Below are positions 34,814-39,581 of a stretch of 39,581 nucleotides of DNA, piece by piece. The stretch is taken from the IMG/VR virus record IMGVR_UViG_3300017978_000178, positions 1 through 39,581 of that record; one strand, 5' to 3'. The DNA comes from a virus. Taxonomy: Duplodnaviria > Caudoviricetes. Made by a program: the position numbers and the translations under genes. How positions within the stretch are numbered: position 1 is the first letter of the stretch; every line of letters begins with the position of its first letter. The notes beneath the pieces were generated by a model. It was not told the origin of the DNA. It did not search any database and saw nothing but the letters and a program-made list of their open reading frames with translations.

Positions 34814-36810
34814 TGGATTACGAAAAAGATAATGACTTTATCCAGTCATCCTTAGCGGGATGGGTTATGGATAAGCAGGAGCGGTGGCGAGATCACTACA
34901 ACTCAAACTACAAAGATAAGTTTGATGAGTACTACCGTACTTGGCGTGGTATCTGGGCTGCTGAAGACTCTATGCGCTCCAGTGAACGCTCTAAGCTCAT
35001 CTCCCCTGCCACTCAGCAAGCTGTTGAGAGTGCAGTGGCTGAGGTTGAGGAGGCTACGTTTGGTCGAGGCCGCTTCTTTGACATCAAGGATGACCGTAAA
35101 GACCAAGACAACAGCGATGTAGCGTACCTGCGTGAGCAACTGATGGAAGACTTCAGTCTCACCAAGGTTCGTAAAGCCGTTGCTGAGTGCGTATTGAACA
35201 GTGCTGTGTACGGGACTGGTATTGCTGAGTTGGTGATTGAAGAGATCAACGACATGAAGCCAGCAACACAACCTATCATGGATGGCGCTCTGCAAGCTGT
35301 TGGTGTCACTATCGAGCCACGGGTTATCGTCCGTATTCGCCCTGTGCTCCCGCAGAACTTTTTGATTGACCCTGTGGCTTCCTCGATTGAGGATGCTGTT
35401 GGTGTGATTATTGATGAGTTTGTGCCTATCCACAGCGTCCACAAAGCTCAACGAGATGGTGTCTACCGTAAGGTGGATATTGGTATAGCGTCTACTGACA
35501 CTGACCTTGAAGCTGACAAAGAGTTGGCTAGCTACGACGATGACAAGGTTCGTATCACCAAGTATTTTGGTCTTGTGCCTAAGAACTTGTTTGATGAAGC
35601 TATGCGACTCCAAGACGGAGAAGAGGATAGCGAACTCTCAGCGATGGCCTTTAACGAGACTGAAGACGCTGAAGAGAACTTCGATTACGTCGAAGCTATC
35701 GTGGTGGTGGGTAATGATGGGGTTCTGCTCAAAGTGGAAGAAAACCCCTACATGATGCAAGACCGACCAGTGATTGCTTTCCCTTGGGATGTGGTTCCTA
35801 ACCGCTTCTGGGGTCGAGGTATCTGCGAGAAGGCATACAACAGTCAGAAGGCTTTGGACGCAGAGCTTCGCGCTCGTATTGATGCCTTGGCATTGACCGT
35901 TCACCCGATGATGGCAATGGATGCTACCCGACTGCCTCGTGGCAGTAAGTTTGAGATTCGTCCGGGTAAGACGATCCTGACCAACGGTAATCCCTCTGAG
36001 ATCATGATGCCGTTTAAGTTTGGTAGCTTGGATCAGGTTACTTTCGCTCAGGCTGCTGAGTTGCAGAAGATGGTTCAGATGGCTACAGGCGCTGTTGACG
36101 CTGCTGGTATCCCCGGCTCTATCAACGGTGAAGCCGCTGCTGGTGCAGTTAGTATGTCTCTGGGTGCAATCATCAAGCGACATAAGCGCACACTGATTAA
36201 CTTCCAAGAGTCCTTCTTGATTCCTTTGGTTCAGAAGGCTGCATGGCGTTATATGCAGTTTGACCCTGACAACTACCCTGTTCGAGACTTCAAGTTTGTT
36301 CCTCACAGCTCTTTGGGTGTTATCGCCCGTGAGTATGAGGTTACACAGCTTGTACAGCTCCTACAGACACTTGGACAAGATAGCCCTATCTATCCATTAC
36401 TAGTAACAGCAGTTATTGACAACATGGGCTTGGCTAATCGGGAAGAGCTGATGGCTAAGATTCAAGAGATGTCACAGCCTAACCCTGAAGCACAGCAACA
36501 GGCTCAAATGGCTCAACAGGCTCAGATGGCTACACTGCAAGCCAACCTCCAGTTGACTCAGGCACAGACTCAAAAGGCTATGGCTGACGCTAACAAGGCT
36601 CAGGTTGACGCTCAGTTGGCTCCTCAGATGGCCCAAGCTAAGTATATCTCTGCATTGTCTAACAACCTTGATGAAGATGATGAGTCGAAAGACTTTGAAC
36701 GTCGCGTCAGGATTGCTGAATTGGCGATTAAAGAGAAAGACATTGATACGAACGTAGAGATTACTCGTATGCAAATGGCTAATAGCAGTCGAAACAACCC
36801 GACTCAATAA
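34810..36810 (+). CDS. Portal protein
   Basis: 666 aa after terL; YGTGIAE, FWGRGICEK, Gln-rich C-terminal barrel as in P22-like portals. Confidence 0.9.
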   Translation: MMDYEKDNDFIQSSLAGWVMDKQERWRDHYNSNYKDKFDEYYRTWRGIWAAEDSMRSSERSKLISPATQQAVESAVAEVEEATFGRGRFFDIKDDRKDQDNSDVAYLREQLMEDFSLTKVRKAVAECVLNSAVYGTGIAELVIEEINDMKPATQPIMDGALQAVGVTIEPRVIVRIRPVLPQNFLIDPVASSIEDAVGVIIDEFVPIHSVHKAQRDGVYRKVDIGIASTDTDLEADKELASYDDDKVRITKYFGLVPKNLFDEAMRLQDGEEDSELSAMAFNETEDAEENFDYVEAIVVVGNDGVLLKVEENPYMMQDRPVIAFPWDVVPNRFWGRGICEKAYNSQKALDAELRARIDALALTVHPMMAMDATRLPRGSKFEIRPGKTILTNGNPSEIMMPFKFGSLDQVTFAQAAELQKMVQMATGAVDAAGIPGSINGEAAAGAVSMSLGAIIKRHKRTLINFQESFLIPLVQKAAWRYMQFDPDNYPVRDFKFVPHSSLGVIAREYEVTQLVQLLQTLGQDSPIYPLLVTAVIDNMGLANREELMAKIQEMSQPNPEAQQQAQMAQQAQMATLQANLQLTQAQTQKAMADANKAQVDAQLAPQMAQAKYISALSNNLDEDDESKDFERRVRIAELAIKEKDIDTNVEITRMQMANSSRNNPTQ

Positions 36811-36844
36811 CTAGTAACAGCAACTTATAGAAAGGTTCTCCGTC

Positions 36845-37087
36845 ATGGATAAAGAACTTGAACGGTATTACAACACTTATTTTGATCTGTTTTCGTCTGA
36901 AGGCTGGAAGCAATACGTACAGGATGTTCGGGATAACCGAGTCATGATGTCCGATGTGCTGACTGTTAAAGACGGAAACGATCTTTTTTATCGCAAAGGT
37001 GTCTTAGAGACTCTGGATCGAATCCTTAACTTTGAATCTGCTATTGAAGCAGCACACGAGGAGGCTAAAGATGCGGAGATTCTTTGA
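36845..37087 (+). CDS. Conserved hypothetical protein
   Basis: LFSSEGWKQ...LFYRKG; typical post-portal small gene. Confidence 0.7.
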   Translation: MDKELERYYNTYFDLFSSEGWKQYVQDVRDNRVMMSDVLTVKDGNDLFYRKGVLETLDRILNFESAIEAAHEEAKDAEIL

Positions 37088-37304
37088 TTTCAAATGCGAT
37101 AACGACCACGTTCATGAGGCTTATGTGGAATCCGAACTTCGGATCAACCCTTGCCCTGAGTGTGGTCTTCCTGCTGCACGATTAATCAGCACTCCTATGG
37201 TCAAGTTGGAGGGAACCTCTGGGGCGTTCCCCGGCGAGGCTATGAAATGGGAGCGGAAACGAGCTGAGAAACTGAAGCAAGAGCAAAAGCGCAGTGGCGA
37301 ATGA
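37071..37304 (+). CDS. FmdB-like zinc-ribbon protein
   Basis: FDFKCDNDH...CPECG...RLISTP; RBS GGAGG. Confidence 0.7.
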   Translation: MRRFFDFKCDNDHVHEAYVESELRINPCPECGLPAARLISTPMVKLEGTSGAFPGEAMKWERKRAEKLKQEQKRSGE

Positions 37305-37428
37305 CACGAGCACCCTCCACAGAAGGTTCTCGATGCTGACGCATCTGCGAAAAGCGCAGTGACTCCCTAACTGGGATAACCACTATTTTCTTCCACAATA
37401 GTACTAGCTACTACGGAGTATAAGACAT

Positions 37429-38253
37429 ATGGCAAACTTTCTTGACGAAGACTTGAATAAAGGTTCTGAAGAATCAGACGTAAACGAAATTGACCAACAA
37501 GAGGAACAGATTTCTCAAGTTGATGACGGTGGACAAGTTTCTAGTTCACAAGAGCAACAAGAGGAAGAGGACATTCCTGAGAAATATCGAGGCAAGAGTG
37601 CCAAAGAGATTGCTCGGATGCACCAAGAGGCTGAAAAGGCTCTGGGTCGCCAAGGTTCCGAAGTCGGTGAGCTTCGCCGTTTGGTGGATGACTTTATTAA
37701 AGCCCAAACCGTCCAACACAAACAACAACAAGCCCCCAACGATGATGAGATTGACGAAGTAGACTTCTTTGCTGACCCTAAAGCAGCCATGAGCAAGGCT
37801 ATTGAACGGCATCCAAAGATTCGAGCTGCTGAAGAGTTGACTTTGAATATGCGTAAAGCAGAAGCACTGGCAACACTGAAGAATGAACATCCAGACTTCC
37901 AAGATATTGTAGGTTCTCCTGACTTTCAGGACTGGATTGGTAAATCTAAGGTGCGCCAAGAGCTGTTTGTACGTGCAGACAAAGCCTTTGACTTCGATGC
38001 TGCTAATGAACTCTTGAGTACGTTCAAAGAGCGAAAGGCTGTTGTAGAGAAGACTAAGGCCGTAGAGCAGGTGGAGCGTAAACAAGCTGTAAAGGCTGCT
38101 TCCACAGGCGCTGGTAAAGGCTCTGGTGAGTCGATTGGTCGCAAAACCTACCGCCGACAAGACATCATTGATCTTATGGTTCGTAATCCTGACCGTTATG
38201 CTGCGCTAGCCGATGAAATCATGGCTGCGTACTCAGAGGGTCGCGTGAAGTAA
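37429..38253 (+). CDS. Capsid scaffolding protein
   Basis: Acidic N-terminus, PEKYRGKS, helical body, AYSEGRVK end; precedes MCP. Confidence 0.85.
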   Translation: MANFLDEDLNKGSEESDVNEIDQQEEQISQVDDGGQVSSSQEQQEEEDIPEKYRGKSAKEIARMHQEAEKALGRQGSEVGELRRLVDDFIKAQTVQHKQQQAPNDDEIDEVDFFADPKAAMSKAIERHPKIRAAEELTLNMRKAEALATLKNEHPDFQDIVGSPDFQDWIGKSKVRQELFVRADKAFDFDAANELLSTFKERKAVVEKTKAVEQVERKQAVKAASTGAGKGSGESIGRKTYRRQDIIDLMVRNPDRYAALADEIMAAYSEGRVK

Positions 38254-38293
38254 TTTTCACATTCTTTGTACTATTCTGAAAGGAAATTTTAAA

Positions 38294-39211
38294 ATGGCTG
38301 GTGAATTCTCTCCTACTAACAGTGTTAATAACACCCGTGCAGCAACGTTCATTCCTGAAATTTGGAGTGATGAGGTTATCGCTGCTTATAAGTCCAACTT
38401 GGTGATGGCTAACCTCGTCAACAAGATGAGCTTCAAGGGCAAGAAGGGTGATACCCTGCACATCCCTAAACCTACCCGTGGCGCTGCTTCGGCTAAGGCT
38501 ACTGAGACCCAAGTGACTCTGCAACAGAGCACCGAGTCTGAGATTCAAGTCTTGGTCAACAAGCACTATGAGTATAGCCGCTTTATCGAAGACATTACCG
38601 AAGTGCAAGCTTTGGCTTCTTTGCGTAAGTTCTATACCGCTGACGCTGGTTACGCCTTGGCTAAACAAGTTGATACCGACTTGTTGCAGTTGGGTCGTGG
38701 CGTTAAGGGTGGTGACGGTACTATCGCCTATGACAAGGCTGTTATCGGTTCCGATGGTTCGACCTTGTACACTGGTTCCAACGAAGCTGCATTGACTGAT
38801 GCTGCTATCCGTAAGGTTATCCAGACTTTGGACGATGCTGACGTGCCTATGGATGGTCGCGTGTTGGTGATTCCTCCTGTTGCTCGTAACACCTTGATGG
38901 GCTTGGCTCGTTTCACCGAGCAGTCGTTCACTGGTGAAGCTGCTGGTGGTAACACCATCCGTAACGGTCAGATTGGTGATGTGTATGGCGTTAAAGTCTA
39001 CGTGTCTACCAACTGCGAAACCGCTACGGGCGCTGCTCGTATCGCCTTGATGTTCCACAAAGACGCTTTCGTCTTGGCAGAGCAGATGGGTGTTCGTTCG
39101 CAGACCCAATATAAACAGGAATATCTGGCTACCTTGTACACCGCAGACATGCTCTACGGTGTTAAGGAACTGCGTGATGAAGCTGCCGTGGCTATTGCCT
39201 TGGTCGCCTAA
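38294..39211 (+). CDS. Major capsid protein
   Basis: FIPEIWS, GDTLHIP, GYALAKQVD, LDDADVP..GR, G.IG.VYGVKVY, ADMLYGVK. Confidence 0.93.
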   Translation: MAGEFSPTNSVNNTRAATFIPEIWSDEVIAAYKSNLVMANLVNKMSFKGKKGDTLHIPKPTRGAASAKATETQVTLQQSTESEIQVLVNKHYEYSRFIEDITEVQALASLRKFYTADAGYALAKQVDTDLLQLGRGVKGGDGTIAYDKAVIGSDGSTLYTGSNEAALTDAAIRKVIQTLDDADVPMDGRVLVIPPVARNTLMGLARFTEQSFTGEAAGGNTIRNGQIGDVYGVKVYVSTNCETATGAARIALMFHKDAFVLAEQMGVRSQTQYKQEYLATLYTADMLYGVKELRDEAAVAIALVA

Positions 39212-39260
39212 TCGCCTTCGGCTTGTCCTCACTTTGTTGCGGGTAAGTAGGTAAACGGTT

Positions 39261-39286
39261 GCCCCTTCTTAGGAGGGGGCTTCCTT
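39261..39286 (+). terminator. Terminator after MCP (allele B)
   Basis: GCCCCTTC-TTAG-GAGGGGGC-TTCCTT. Confidence 0.6.
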
Positions 39287-39310
39287 GTGCATACTAGAAA
39301 GAAAGAAAAC

Positions 39311-39502
39311 ATGACTGCTACGTTTAAATGTAAAACTAACGGCAACACCGTTACTTTCCGAGATGATGTTGATATTGTAGGTATGCGGATGCACCCTGAA
39401 TATGAAGAAGTGTACCCAGAAGAGGTACAATCGTACCCAGAAACAGAACAAAAACCTGAACAACCAGTTGTTAAGCGGGGACGACCCGCCAAGAAGGACT
39501 AA
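39311..39502 (+). CDS. Allele B homolog of 752..949
   Basis: MTATFKCKTNGNTVTF...HPEYEEV...RGRPAKK. Confidence 0.75.
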   Translation: MTATFKCKTNGNTVTFRDDVDIVGMRMHPEYEEVYPEEVQSYPETEQKPEQPVVKRGRPAKKD

Positions 39503-39504
39503 CT

Positions 39505-39581
39505 ATGGCGATTTATCGTGGTGCAGGAGGCTCTGGGGAGAGCACTACAAACACCCTAGCTAACGAAGTAGCTGCTAACTC
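39505..39581 (+). CDS. Start of allele B tail-fibre-like gene (partial)
   Basis: MAIYRGAGGSGESTTNT versus MTIYRGPGGGGNATTDA at 1279. Confidence 0.7.
   Translation, partial: MAIYRGAGGSGESTTNTLANEVAAN

Noticed and set aside
38219-39232. Long antisense ORFs over MCP, portal, scaffold and RNR
   Set aside because: Expected from codon bias on the coding strand; no recognisable motifs
1-39581. Phage RNA polymerase, integrase, tRNA genes, CRISPR array, reverse transcriptase/DGR, stop-codon recoding
   Set aside because: No supporting motifs seen; core genes are intact in the standard code

Overview
Near-complete genome (about 39.0 kb unit length) of a lytic podovirus with T7-like replication genes but no phage RNA polymerase. 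The organisation is Zobellviridae/cobavirus-like: two arms diverge from a non-coding control region (about 31.7-32.6 kb) and converge on a bidirectional terminator at about 14.2 kb. The minus arm carries small early genes, primase-helicase, family A DNA polymerase, SSB, 5'-3' exonuclease, endonuclease I, ThyX, MazG-like protein, metallophosphoesterase, DUF3310 protein and a monomeric class II ribonucleotide reductase. The plus arm carries terminase, portal, scaffold, major capsid protein (MCP), tail fibres, tail tube proteins, internal virion proteins, M15 endolysin and holin. Four observations stand out. (1) The divergent region holds a complete sigma54 promoter architecture (-24/-12 box, perfect IHF site, three phased NtrC-type enhancer boxes) facing the early genes, interleaved with three DnaA boxes and followed by a 16/19 Fur box. 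(2) A second, perfect sigma54 box points into an AT-rich tract that shares motifs with another AT-rich tract. (3) There are five free-standing HNH endonucleases. One has captured the holin start codons, and one is seen in both occupied and empty alleles with a synonymously recoded MCP 3' end, because the contig ends are two strain variants joined at a 55-nt overlap. (4) The early genes include a cassette-like array with repeated junctions. All calls are from motif reading only; no database search was run.
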